Below, piece after piece: positions 40,570 through 64,000 of a stretch of DNA of 64,000 nt. The stretch is from the human T2T-CHM13v2.0 reference genome, Homo sapiens. The position numbers and the translations under genes are program-made. The stretch lies in NCBI RefSeq assembly GCF_009914755.1, contig NC_060927.1. The stretch is one strand, 5' to 3'. The notes under the pieces were generated by a model that worked only from the letters and a program-made list of their open reading frames with translations, was not told the DNA's origin and did not search any database. The stretch's first letter is position 1; each line of letters starts with the position of its first letter.

Positions 40570-41520
40570 TCTCCTGCGGCGCTGAGGAGGCAGGCTCAAA
40601 GTAACCAACCAGAGCAGCCGCAGAGGGAAAAGCTAAGACAGTTCTGGTCCGGCCCAGCGCTTCTCACCCTCTAGCTCTCTACTCTCCGCCGCGCAGCCTC
40701 CGCTCCCTCCACATCAGGCACGGCGCTTGATTGACATGAGGGCCCGCCCAATCCCAGTGCGGCAGAGACCGTTGTCGCGTCAGGGACCGGGGAAGGGGGC
40801 GACTGAACCTATCAGATTGGGTCCAGAGTGGGTTTCCTGCCCGCGCGGATCCGCCTGCCCACCGCGCGTGCCCCGCCTCTCTCCCAAGAGCTACGCGGCG
40901 GCGGCGGAGCGCAGGCCTCGTGCCGTTACGGCCATCACGGCGGCCGCAGTGGCGTCCTGGAGCCCTCCTCAGGTGAGCTGGAGCTGCCCGGCTCGGCAGC
41001 GGGAAGGTGAGACGGCCTTGTTGGCAGGCAGACACACACACACCCCCCTTCAGTCCGCTGTCCGTCCATACAGCCTGTTACTCGCTGCGTCGCTTCCTCT
41101 TCTCGCGCTGAGTTAGCCCCGGGGGCGCCGTCTGCAGGCTCGGAGCCGAGCCGGAGGGGGCGCGGAGGCTGCTCGGAGGGTCCAGACTTCTGCACCGGGA
41201 TTCCGCGAGACCCTCGGGCCGTTGCCCCAGGGAGCGTGACCCCGCGGCCTCCTTGTCAGCCCCTGGAGCGCTGTGTCGGGCTGAGAGCCCGGGCGGCCGA
41301 GTGTGCGGCGCGCTGGTTGACTTGTCTGTTTTCTCATGAAAAAGTCCTTTTGCCAGCTGTGGCGTAATCCGAGGCCGGGAAGGTAGGGACGTGGTAGGAG
41401 GAAGGGCGCTCTCACCTCCAGCCCGAGAGGAGGGGAGGCGTCAGCCTGCGCGGTGCTGCGGGTGGACATCTTCGGGACGCGCCCTCTCCCCTCCCCCCAC
41501 CCACCGGCCGTTTTCTAGTC
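40570..41520. promoter_or_regulatory. NCK1: CpG island / bidirectional promoter (NCK1 and divergent lncRNA)
   Basis: Abrupt GC- and CpG-rich non-repeat segment. GC box CCCGCCC 40743-40749, CCAAT 40748-40752, inverted CCAAT (ATTGG) 40816-40820. Splice donors point outward on both strands. Confidence 0.88.
40850..40972 (+). other. NCK1: NCK1 non-coding exon 1 (start approximate); alternative donor at 41006/41007
   Basis: GC-rich 5'UTR-like sequence ending CTCAG|GTGAGC (GT 40973-40974), with a second donor AAG|GTGAGA. Gene identity from recalled NCK1 5'UTR and adjacency to SLC35G2. No NCK1 coding exon is visible in the window. Confidence 0.75.
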
Positions 41521-42331
41521 TGGGGCTGTGACTTTAATGGTCTGGACCTGCTTCAGATTCGTACGCGAGTTGCTGGGGCTGTGAACTTTTGACTTGAGTT
41601 GTAATATGTTTGGTAAAACAAAAAACCATTTCGATAGGTTTTGTAACCTTCTGTATTAACATACAAGTTAAATTCGCCGTTAGAAGCTCAGGAAGCTGGG
41701 TTTTTTGTTCAGGGGTGAGGACGTAACCGTAGGAACGCTTTCGGTGTCAAACTGATGGACCCGGAGTCACCTGAAAATAATTATGCACGTTAGATTAGGT
41801 AAGAAGCCCTAGAAATTAGGAAAGAATTAGGTTAAAGAGAATTTCCTAACTCCTCTTTGGGTAGGGAGCAAAGCAGCTCAATGTCCTCCCAAAACGGGTG
41901 TTGCCAAAAGGTACTCATTTTTAAAATTTTACTTTGATAGACGTATGACAAACCAACTATAACGATTTCTTCAGCACCTGGAAACCAGTGTGCCTAGACT
42001 CTCAGCCTTCGGCGAGGTCACACAGTAAACGGAGAAATAACCTAAGAAGAAAGTTTTGTTTGGTAATTGTCAATAATATTCGTTCTTTTCTTTTTAAAAC
42101 ACTTAATTTTCTTGTGGGGGGTGGAGTCTGTGATATTCTTAAATAGGCATCCCATTCACAACTTGATAGTAATATGCACTGGTTGATAAATGGTGCTTTC
42201 TTTTCATCTTGACCACAAACTCTGAGACTTCTTTGGGAAAATTGTGATCTGTGGAAATTGGCTGTAATATCCATAAACATAGTTTGCAGAGTGTTCACAT
42301 CTACTCAGCTGTTGGCTCATGTATTAAATTT

Positions 42332-43330
<999 letters not shown>

Positions 43331-43379
43331 GGAAAATAATAAAGAAAAGAGATACTTAGTGATACTTCATGGTTCTGGG

Positions 43380-47217
<3,838 letters not shown>

Positions 47218-47544
47218 AGTGTTTACCATTGAATTCTATCATCTGCTAAAAAATGAATCTCTTACAGGTTTTACTGCTGCAATTTAGTTTGTCTTTTCGA
47301 ATCTCTTGATAATGCCAATTAATCTTTGGAGGCCTTGAATGTGGATACAGAACAATGTAATGATTTAGAGGAAACCTGGAGGGCTTATCATATAACTAAA
47401 TGCAGTGATCTAGCTGTAATGTTCTTTTTCTCTTTTGAGTGTTAGAACTGTAACACCTTCACATTTTGCTACTTTTTGTCCTCTTGTTCATCTGTCAGGA
47501 ACCATCACTTCTTGTTGAGCAAGACAAGACAAAATATCTTGTTG

Positions 47545-49997
<2,453 letters not shown>

Positions 49998-50258
49998 CAA
50001 AATTAAAAATTTGTTTAGAGAAAGTATCTTTAAATGTTTATTGAAAACTGCAAAAATTTAAATGTATAGAATGTTTATATTTGTAGATATCTGTGTAGTC
50101 ATCACTCAAATCCAGATGTGGAACATTTTTAGTGTTCGAAAAGGCTCTCTTGCGCCCCCTCTAATCAGTGTCTCTTTCCCTCTCAAAGGTAATCACTATT
50201 CTGTCCTCTATCGCCATAAATTATTTTTGCCTGTTTTTGAACTTTATATAAATGTAAC

Positions 50259-52545
50259 TGATATGGTTTGGCTGTGTCCCCACTCAAATCTCATCTTGAA
50301 TTGTTACTCCCACAATTCCCACGTGTGGTTGGCAGAACCTGGTGGGAGGTAATTGAACCATGGGGGTGGGCCTTTCTCGTGCTGTTCTTGTGATAGTGAA
50401 TAGGTCTTGTGGGATCTGATGGTTTTAAAAACGGGAGTTTCCCTGCACAAACTCTCTTCTCTTATCTGCCGCCATGTGAGAAGACATGCCTTTAACCTTG
50501 TGCCATGATTGTGAGGCCTCTCCTGCCATGTGGAACTGTAAGCCCATTAAACCTCTTTATTTTGTAAATTGCCCAGTCTCAGGTATGTCTTTATCAGCAG
50601 CATGAAAACAGATTAATACAGTAAATTGGTACCAGTAGAGTAGAGTGCTCCTGAAAAGATACCCGAAAATGTGGAAGCAACTTTGGAACTGGGTAACAGG
50701 CAGAGGTTGGAACAGTTTGAAGGGATCAGAAGAGGACAGGAAAATGTGGGAAAGTTTGGAACTTTCTAGACTTGTTGAATGACTTTGCCCAAAATGCTGA
50801 TTGCGATATGGACCATAAAGTCCAGGCTGAGGTGGTTTCAGATGGAGATGGGGAACTTGTTGGGAACTGGAGCAAAGGTGACTCTTGTTATGTTTTAGCA
50901 AAGAAACTGGCAACATTTTGCCCCTGCCCTAGAGATCTGTGGAACTTTGAACTTGGGAGAGATGATTTAGGGTGTCTGGTAGAAAAAATTTCTAAGCAGC
51001 AAAGCATTCAAGAAGTGACTTGGGTGCTGTTAAAGGCATTCAGTTTTACAAGGGAGGCAGAGCATAAGTTTGGAAAATTTGCAGCTTGACAGCGTGATAG
51101 AAAAGAAAATCCCCTTTTCTGAGGAGAAATTCAAGCTGGCTACAGAAATTTGCATAGGTAATGAGGAGCTGAATATGAATCCCCAAGACAATGGGGAAAA
51201 TGTCTGCAGGGCGTGTCGGAGGTCTTCATGGCAGCCCCTCCCATCACAGGCGTGGAAGCCTTGGAGGAAAAAGTGGTTTTGTGAGCCAGACCCAATGTCC
51301 CTGTGCTATGTGCAGCCTAGGGACTTGGTACCCTGCATTCCAGCTGCTCCAGCCGTGGCTGAAAGGGGCCAGCGTAGAGCTTGGGCTGTGGCTTCAGAGG
51401 GTGCAAGCCCCAAGCCTTGGTGTTGATGCTGCAATGTGGTGTTGATGCTGCAAGTGCACAGAAGTCAAGAATTGGGGTTTGGGAACCTCCACCTGCATTT
51501 CAGAAGATGTATGGAAATGCTTGGATGCCCAGGCAGAAGTTTGCAGCAGGGGTAGAGCATTCGTGGAGAACCTCTGCTAGGGCAGTGCAGAAGGGAAATG
51601 TGGGGTCAGAGCCCCCACACAGAGTTCCTACTCGGGTACCGCCTAGTGGAGCTGTGAGAAGAGGGCCACCATCCTCCAGCCTCCAGAATGATAGATCCAC
51701 TGACAGCTTGCACCATGCGCCTGGAAAAGCTGCAGACACTCAATGCAAGCCTGTGAAAGCAGCCAGGAGAGAGGCTGTACTCTGCAAAACCACAGAGTCA
51801 GAGGTGCCCAAGACCATGGAAATCCACTTCTTGGATCAGCATGACCTGGATGTGAGACATGGAGTCAAAGGAGATCATTTTGGAGCTTTAAGATTTGACT
51901 GCCCTGCTGTATTTTGGATTTGCTAGAGGCCTTTAACCCCTTTGTTCTGGGCAATTTCTCCCATTTGAAATGGCTGTATTTACCCAATTCCTGTACCCCC
52001 ATCTTATCTAGGAAGTAACTACCTTGCTTTTGATTTTACAGGCTCATAGGCAGAAGGGGCTTGCCTTGTTTTGGATGAGACTTTGGACTGTGAACTTCTA
52101 AGTTAATGCTGAAATGAGTTAAGACTTCGGGGGACTGTTGGGAAGGCATGATTGGTTTTGAAATGTGAAGACATGATATTTGGGAGGGGCCGGGGGCGGA
52201 ATAATATGGTTTGGCTGTGTCCCCACCCATATTTCATCTTGAATTGTAGCTCCCACAATTCCTGTGTGTGGTGGGAGGAACCTGGTGGGAGGTAATTGAA
52301 TCGTGGGAGTGGGCCTTTCCTGTGCTTTTCTTGTGATAGTGAATAAGTCTTTTGAGAACTGATGATTTTTAAAAACGGGAGTTTCCCTGCACAAGCTCTC
52401 TTGTCTGCCGCCACGTGAGACATGCCTTTCACTATGCGCCATGATTGTGAGGCCTCTCCAGCCACATGGAACTGTAAGTCCATTAAACCTCTTTCTTTTG
52501 TAAATTGTTCAGTCTTCATCAGCAGCATGAAAGTGGACTAATACA
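50259..52545 (+). mobile_element. Full-length THE1 (MaLR) provirus: LTR 50259-50620, internal 50621-52201, LTR 52202-52545, inserted in an old antisense L1M
   Basis: Both LTRs start tRatatggtttggctgtgtcccc and end taataca; internal part starts gtaaattggtacc; purine-rich tract before the 3' LTR; 5-bp TSD GTAAC at 50254-50258 and 52546-52550. Confidence 0.92.
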
Positions 52546-52769
52546 GTAACCATATAGCTTGTATACCTTTTTGTGGATGGCTACTTTTGCTTAACATTGT
52601 GTTTGTGAGATTCATTTATGATGTAGAGTGCAGCAGTAGTTCCTTTTCAGTGATAGTAGTATTCCATTGGATGAATATAATGTAATTTTAAAAAATTGGA
52701 CATTTGGTTTTCAGTTTTTTGGCTATTGTGAATAAAGCTATTGTCAACATTCATTTACAGTTTTTTACA

Positions 52770-53175
<406 letters not shown>

Positions 53176-53704
53176 TGATCTGGCCCTCTATGGCTGATAC
53201 ATAGTAGTTTCCTGGCATTTCTTCCTTTCTGATAAAACTAGCGACTCCCTTTGTCTTTCTCCTGTGTTAAATCTTTTTTTTCCCTTTCCATGAATCATAT
53301 AGTGTTTTTGTTTGTTTTGTTTTTTGTTTAACCTCTCCATTTGATGGAGTATATCATACAATAGATTCCTGTGGAAGACTGAAATCTTGCATTAATGAAA
53401 ACTTTTTCATGTTCATGCTTGATTTGGTTGGCTAAGGATTCTAGGTTGGAAATAATTTGCCTTCAGAATTCTGAAGGCCTTGCTGCATTGTTTTCTAGCT
53501 TGTCATCCTTTTGAGAAGTCTGAAGACATTCTGATTCTTGATTGTAAAAATGTTTTGCTTTTCTGGAATTTTGTGTTTCCTATATTCTGAAATTTCATAA
53601 GGTTGTAGCTTGGTGTTACGTCTATTTTTAACAATTTTTCTTGGATATTTGTGTACCTTCTGAATCTGTAAAATTCATTAGTTCTGGGACATTTTCTTTA
53701 ATTA

Positions 53705-55118
<1,414 letters not shown>

Positions 55119-55609
55119 TGAACATCCTTCCGTGTCAGTGTATATATAAATCTAAAGGTTTTTTGTTTTTTTTTTAAACCAAAAAACTTTGCCTATTTTG
55201 TCTCTGTTATAAAGTTCCTGATTTTCTTTAATAGAGCTGTTTCTACTTTTATTCCTACAAAGAATATACGTATTTTTTTTAGGTGGCTAAAAACTTCATT
55301 TTTTTCTCATCTCTAGTATGAGAGTAATACTTAGTCAAAGGATAGCTGTAAGGCTACAATGAGAATTTACGAATCAGTGTAACTGCTAAGCAGTGTTTGG
55401 TATCCATGAAGAGCCTGTCTGGATCTCCCTTCCTGCCTAAGATCAATTTCTAAATGTAAAATAACTGGTTTCAAAGATACAGATGTTTATTTAAAATGTT
55501 GCTGACTGTTGCCAAACTGCTATTTAGAAAAGACATTCCAATTTACACCTTTACCACAGTGTTTTTTAACTCTGTGTTATCATTCTTTCTAATCTTTGCC
55601 AGCATGGTA

Positions 55610-58000
55610 GGCAAAAAATGGACAAAACTAAAAGGAGAATTAGACAAATCCATAAGCATAATATGAGATATTTCAGCTTGCCTCTCTGAGTAATTAGAAT
55701 AATGAGACAAAAATACATAAAAGATTTAAACACTATAATTATCAAATGAATCTAATTGACATGCATTGAATATTTCACCTAATACCTACAGAATGCAGAT
55801 TGTTTTTAAGTGCCTATGAAAGTTTTTCCCAAATTGACACATGCTGGACAATAAAAAAGATCAAAATAATCAATTCTTGAGTGTTTTCTGACGTGTTGGA
55901 ATTAAGCAAGAAATGGATTACCAAAAAAACTAGAAAATTGTCAGCTGTTTGAAGATAAGCAATATATTTCTGAGAAATTCGGGGATTAGAGAAGAAATAA
56001 CATTAAACTATTTAGAACAGAACCATGAAAATATAGTATAACTTAAAGGATGTGTATAGAGCCATGCTTAGAGGAAGAGTTATAGCCTTCAAATCTATAC
56101 ATGAGAAAGAATGAAGGCTAAAAATAATTGAAAGGACTTCTAAATAAAGATGGCTGAGTGAAAGACACATTTACTTTTACTCCCTTTGATAGCCCAGCAA
56201 GGTGACAGTAAAGGATACTTTTAGAAGATTTGAACTACACAGGTAAAGAGAATAAAGAAAAGACGGCAACAATAAAATCTGGAAACTGGAAAGCGAGTGA
56301 ACTGATGGGAAACTTCTTAGTGGACTTAAAAATGTTCAATCCTAAGTGGCGGGAGCAAAAGTAGAAAATACTTCTTAGGCTCAGGAATTGGCAGCATCAG
56401 GTATTTTTGGCAGGGAGGAGGTGAGGGTGGTGCTAAAAACAGGAGGATTTCTTGAAAATCTGTTTAAGAAGCAGCTCAGTCATAATAGCCCCAAAGTAGA
56501 AGCAACTCAGATGTCCATCAGCTGATAAATGGTTACATGTAATGTATATCCACACAATTAAATACTATTTGGCAGTAAAAAGGAATATAGAACTGATACA
56601 TGTTATAACATGATGAACCTTGAAAGCATTATGCTGTGAAAGAAGCCAGTCACAAACGACCACAGTATTGTATGATACATGCTATAACACAGATAAACCT
56701 TTAAAACATGCTAAGTAGGCCGGACATGGTGGCTCACACCTGTAATCCCAGCACTTTGGGAGGCCAAGACGGGCAGATCACTTGAGGTCAGGAGTTTGAG
56801 ACCAGCCTGGCCAACATGGTGAAACCCCATCTCGACTATAAACACACAAATTAGCCGGATGTGGTGGCGGGCACCTATAATCCCAGTTACATGGGAGGCT
56901 GAAGCAGGAGAGTCGTTTGAACTGGGGAGGTGGAGGTTACAGTGAGCCAAGATAGCAACACAGCACTCTAGCCAGGGCGACAGAGTGGGATTCTGTCTCA
57001 AAAACAAACAAACAAATGTGCTAAGTATACTAAAGACCACATTGTATGATTCCATTTGTATGAAGTATCCAGAAATTGTGTATTTGTAGAGATAGAGTGG
57101 TTGCATAGGACTGGGAGTAGGGGAGGTTAGAGGGAAATGGGAAGTGACTCTAGGGTATGGAGTTTCTTTTTGGGGTGACAAAAATTTTCTAAAATTCATT
57201 GTGGTAATAGTTGCACAACTCTGAATAGACTAAAACATTGAATTGTATACTTTAAATGAGTGAGTTTTATGATAATCTGAGTTGTATCTCAATAAGATAC
57301 AACCTCTTAAGAAAGGTTGAGTCTAGATTCCTTTGTTAGTTTGTATCACTAAGTTACTGCCTTCTTGAGTACCCCAGCAAGAAGACTGACTATTGTTTCT
57401 GACACTGAGGGTGGGCCCTAGACACAATTGGAGGTCAAGCGTTCTACAGAAAACACTGAATTAAGTTAAAATGCTCAATATTGAGACCGTTACTGAGGCC
57501 TCTTCTCTTTGGCTTCCAGAATTCTGGCAATCAAGTAGGAATTTGGAGGATGGTTCTCTTACTAACCCAAGAAGAGAATCTGTGTTATTTACAATAGCTT
57601 TTATGGCCCTCCTTTTAAATATGAGAAGATAATCAAGGATCACCAGACATGTGAAGAAAGCTTCTCATATAAGAAACCTCTTAAAAGAAATAGAAAACAA
57701 ACTGGGAACAATCAGAACAACAAAAAAAAAAGGCTCAGTAGAACAGTCAATAGAAAAGTTGAAGTTAGAGTAAAGGAGTTCTTTCATAAAGTAGAGGAAA
57801 AGATGGAAAATAAATGAGAAAAGAAAATTAAAAGGTCCGTCAGAGGTCAACTTCCAAATAACAGAAGTACTAGTAGACATCAGAGAAAAGAAGGAATTAT
57901 CAGTAAAATATTCAAGAAAAATTCCCAGAATCAAGGAACGTGATTTTGCAGAATGAGAGGCTCTATGGGTATCCTGGAAAAATGAAAGAAAATAGATATA
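55610..58000 (+). mobile_element. Mosaic of ancient L1M fragments with an Alu at 56718-57015
   Basis: aaaggagaattagacaaatcca (EN-like), tgtccatcagctgataaatgg, ggggtgacaaaaattttctaaaattcattgtggt 3' end motifs. Confidence 0.55.
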
Positions 58001-58085
58001 CGCTTTCAATTAAAGCCTAGTCAGGAAAATGGAGACCACACCAATTACTGTAACAGAATCTAAAATAAAGAGTTGTTTAGCCAGA

Positions 58086-59185
<1,100 letters not shown>

Positions 59186-59739
59186 ACTTGATATCTCATG
59201 GATCTTGAACTTAAGACAATCAACAAACTTTGTTTGTTTGTTTTTTTGAGGCAGGTTCTTGCTCTGTGACCCATGCTAGAGTGCAGCCTCAATCTCCTAG
59301 GTTCAAGGGATCCTCATGTTTCAACCTCCCATGTAGCTAGGACCACCTAGGTGTGTGTGCCACCATACTAGCTAATTTTTTGACCCTTTGTGGAGATGGG
59401 GTTCTCACTTCTTTGCCCTGGCTGGTCTTGAACTCCTGGTCTCAAGCAGTCCTTCCACCTCAGCCTCCCAAAGTGTGGGGATTACGGGTGTTAGGCTACC
59501 ACACCCAGCCAACAAACTCTTGATCCCTTCATTCTTAAAGTACACTCCAGGTCTGCTTTCTGCGCTCTACCCAACATTTGTTCATTCCTGTCTTTCTCAT
59601 TTCATTAAATGATATTGCCATCCACTCAGTAGCTAGAAGCCAAGGTGTCATACTTGATACCTTTCTTTTCCTCATTCTAACTCACATACTTCCAGTCCAT
59701 CAGCAAATCCTGTCTTTTCTACCTCCAAATACATCTTGA

Positions 59740-60055
<316 letters not shown>

Positions 60056-60119
60056 TGATCTGCCCGCTTCGGCCTCCCAAGTGCTGGGATTGGAGGCATG
60101 AGCCACCACGCCCAGCTTC

Positions 60120-60985
60120 TATTTTTTATTGTGGTAAACTGCATAAGCATAAAGTTGAACATCTTAACCATTTTAAGTATACAGTTCAGTATTAAGTATA
60201 TTCACATTGTTGTACAACCAGTCCCCAGAACTTTTTCATCTTGTAAAACTGAAACTGTATACATACTAACAACTCCCCAAGTCTTCCCTCCTCCTAGCCC
60301 CTGGCAACCACTATTCTTCATGTTTCTCCTTTATGTTTGTATAAATTTGTTTGCTCTATGTACCTCATATAAATGGAATCATATTGTCTTTCCGTGGCTG
60401 GCTTATTTCACTTAATGTCTTGAAGTTTCATCCGTTTTGTAGCACATGTCAAAATTTTCTTCCTTGTTAAGGCTGAATAATATTCCATTGCTTATATATA
60501 CCACATTTTGTTTATCCATTCATTTGTTGATGAACAGCTTGGGTTGCTTCCACATTTTAGCTGTTAAGAATAGTGTTTCCATGAACATGGGTGTAGAAAT
60601 ATCTGTTCAGGTTCCTGCTTTCAGTTTTTTGATGTACACCCAGAAGTTGAATTGCTGGATTATATGGTAAACTATTTTTTATCTTTTGAGGAACCACCAT
60701 ACCGTTTTCCATAGCAGCTGCACCATTTTACATTACCACCAACCGTGCATAAGAGTTCCAATATCATTACATTTTCACTAACACTTGTTTCCTGCATGTT
60801 TTTTAAAAAATAGTAGCTATCTTAATGGTGATATCTCTGTGGTTTTGATTTGCATTTCCATAATGGCTAGTGATGATGAGCATCTTTTCATATGCTTGTT
60901 GGCTATTTGTATATATTTCGAGAAATGTCTATTTTGTTCGTTTGCCCATTTTTCATTTGGGTTATGTTTTTGTTGAGTCTGAACA
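60120..60985 (-). mobile_element. L1MB-like 3' end
   Basis: Antisense 3'UTR; minus-strand ORF2 remnant [12 protein letters not shown]...[12 protein letters not shown]. Confidence 0.78.
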
Positions 60986-61146
60986 GGTCTTTTTATTTTT
61001 ACTTTTGTCTGTCCATTTAACTCATTCTTCACACAGCAGCACACAACAGCCAGAGAAATGTTTTTAAGATTTCTGCATTAATGATACAACAATACCTCTT
61101 ACTTGGCAGCATAATACAATGAAAGTTTACATTACTTTCCCACATC

Positions 61147-61148
<2 letters not shown>

Positions 61149-61190
<42 letters not shown>
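61149..61190. repeat. (TG)n microsatellite, about 21 units
   Basis: Uninterrupted tg run. Confidence 0.95.
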
Positions 61191-61192
<2 letters not shown>

Positions 61193-61502
61193 GAGGGGCA
61201 CCTTTGCTTTATGCAGTCACTTGGAGCACAGGCACCTGTATCTTATGTCACCACCATAATCAGCTTTGGCTTCTCAGATTGTTTTGGAAGGGGAAGTGTG
61301 TGTGGAGAAAGATTTTAGGGACCAGGCTAGAAGTGGCATATATCACTTTTACCCATTCAGTTCCATTGGTCAGAACTGAGTCATGTGATCTTATCTAATT
61401 GCAAGGGTGGCTGGGAAGTGTAGTATAGCAGTGTCTTAATGAAGAGAACACAGTCATTAGTGAATACTAGCAGTCTCTTTCACAGCGTGTGTTGGATTAT
61501 AA

Positions 61503-61837
<335 letters not shown>

Positions 61838-63317
61838 TAGAATAAAATTGGCCTGTGTCTCTCCCAACCTCACATTGTACCACTTTTGCCCTTGTTCTCT
61901 GGCCACATCTCTAGCCATATGGTCATTTTCTGTAACGTGAGACTTTTTTTTCCCCTCCTGGAACCTATGTACTTTGCAGTTTCTTTTGCTTGGAGCACTC
62001 TACTTTAAATATTTACATGACTGCCTCCTCTTCATCCTTAAAATGCCCACTTAAATTTTTTTTTCTCTAACTAAAAGCTGTAATTAGAGTAGCACTCATA
62101 TTCTCTGTCCTTTATGGTAGCACTGTGTTAATCTTTGTCACAGCATTTTTTGCAACCTATAATTATTTTATTTGAAAAAATTTAATTTCCTCTGCTAGAA
62201 AGAGGTGTCTGTCGTGCTCACTGTTGTATCCCTGCATTAATTGGCCAGTGCTTAGGATACATTAGTCATTCAGTAGATATGTTGTTGGAGGGAATCTATT
62301 ATATAGAACCGACTGAAATGGAGATAGTTGAATTTTAACCAAGGGCTCTTATGATAATTTAGGTGAGTTGCTGAAGGCTTGAGTTTTAGTGATGTCAGTG
62401 TAAATGGAACAGAAAAGGATGGATGAGAGACATTTCAAGAGAAAAACCAACACAAATTGATGTGTGACTTAAGGGGAGCCTGGGTGAATTGGAAGATAAT
62501 GATTTACAATTATAATTAATAGATTGGTAAAGAGGATAGAAGAGCTGGATTTTTGGAGATGATGCATATTCAATTTTTGGAGATTGATGCATATTCAATT
62601 TGAGGTGATAGCAAGATATTTAAGTAGAAATGTTGAGGAACAGTAGCTTGGATTAGAGAACACAATTCAAATTACAGAGTCTAGGCCAGAGGTGATACGA
62701 TGAAGTCATAATAATGAACGAGCTATCTAGAGAGAGGGTATATGTGAGAAGAGCAGATGGCTCAGTGGAAGGAAAATGAGGAGCCAGAAATGGAAACCAG
62801 AAGCAGGTGGCGTGGAGGGAGGGAAACCAATTTAATATAGGGGTAAGGAAACCAGCAGTTTCAAGAAAGAGGGATGATTAAGTTGGCTGCATCCAGTAGA
62901 GCTATCCCTTGTCATATGCATTTGAAAGTTCTGAAATGTTACCTTTTATTAAGTAGTTTGAGATCAGAGGGTACCTTGGGTTTTATTTATTCTATAAGAA
63001 AGTATAGCTTAATGAGAATGATAGAGTACAGCTTTGAGTTCTTGTCTTTTCTTTTTTTTTGAAACACGGTCCTGCTCTGTGGCCCAAGCTGGAGTGCAGT
63101 GGTGCAGGCTTGCTCACCGCAACCTCCGCTTCCTGGGTTCAGGCGATTCTTGTGCCTCAGCCTCCAGAGTAGCTGGGATTAGAGGCGTGTGGCACTATGC
63201 CCGGCTAATTTCTGTATTTTTAGTAGAGATGGGGTTTCATCATGTTGGCCAGGCTGGTCTTGAGGTGATCCTTCTGCCTTGGCCTCCCAAAGTGCAGGCT
63301 TGAGCCACCATGCCTGA

Positions 63318-63620
<303 letters not shown>

Positions 63621-64000
63621 TGAAGTTCTTATGTTTTAGAGATATTTACTTAAATATTTATGGATGAAAATATTTTTTCAGGTATACACTGAAATATTTA
63701 CATAAATTTTTAGAGGTATACACCGAAATATTTACAGACAAAAGTTTTTTGCTTCAAAATACTTAAGCAAGGAAACAGGAATGGGTGAGAATATGGATAC
63801 TGTGGCCGTGGACAAGTGGCCATGAGTTGATGATTTTAGCTACATGATGGGTTTAAGGGGTTTGTTCTCTTCTTTAATGTATGTTTGAAATTTTACATAA
63901 TAGAAATTATAAAAGGAGGGAATTGTCTTTTCCAGCTGTAATCTAGGGCACATTACTTAACTTTTTTGAGACAGGGTCTTGCTCTGTCACCTAGGCTGGA

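Noticed and set aside
40679-41469. Several overlapping ORFs in the CpG island
   Set aside because: Expected from stop-codon scarcity in GC-rich DNA; they cross splice donors and resemble no known protein.
50772-51926. ORFs of 84-181 aa in the THE1 internal region
   Set aside because: Broken remnants of the MaLR internal ORF, interrupted by stops and frameshifts.

Overview
Repeat-dense primate DNA, most likely human 3q22. The only credible protein-coding region is the single-exon 412-aa SLC35G2 (TMEM22) CDS at 33117-34355 (+), preceded by its long first intron. A CpG island at about 40570-41520 holds a non-coding first exon I recognise as NCK1 (+) and probably a divergent lncRNA (NCK1-DT/NCK1-AS1, -). 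Candidate spliced exons of that lncRNA lie inside the SLC35G2 intron. The rest is transposon-derived: about 60 Alus, a long L1MA-type element, a 95-bp SVA stub, a full THE1 MaLR provirus, an inverted tailless young L1, and MER1, MER47, MIR, L2 and L3 relics. Nearly all other ORFs in the track are Alu, L1, LTR or low-complexity artefacts. I found no new multi-gene system. The most interesting signals are the antisense exon chain, the co-oriented THE1 with a splice donor, atypical retrotransposition footprints, and tyrosine motifs in SLC35G2. Gene names and repeat subfamilies come from recognition, not database searches, and most repeat boundaries are approximate.
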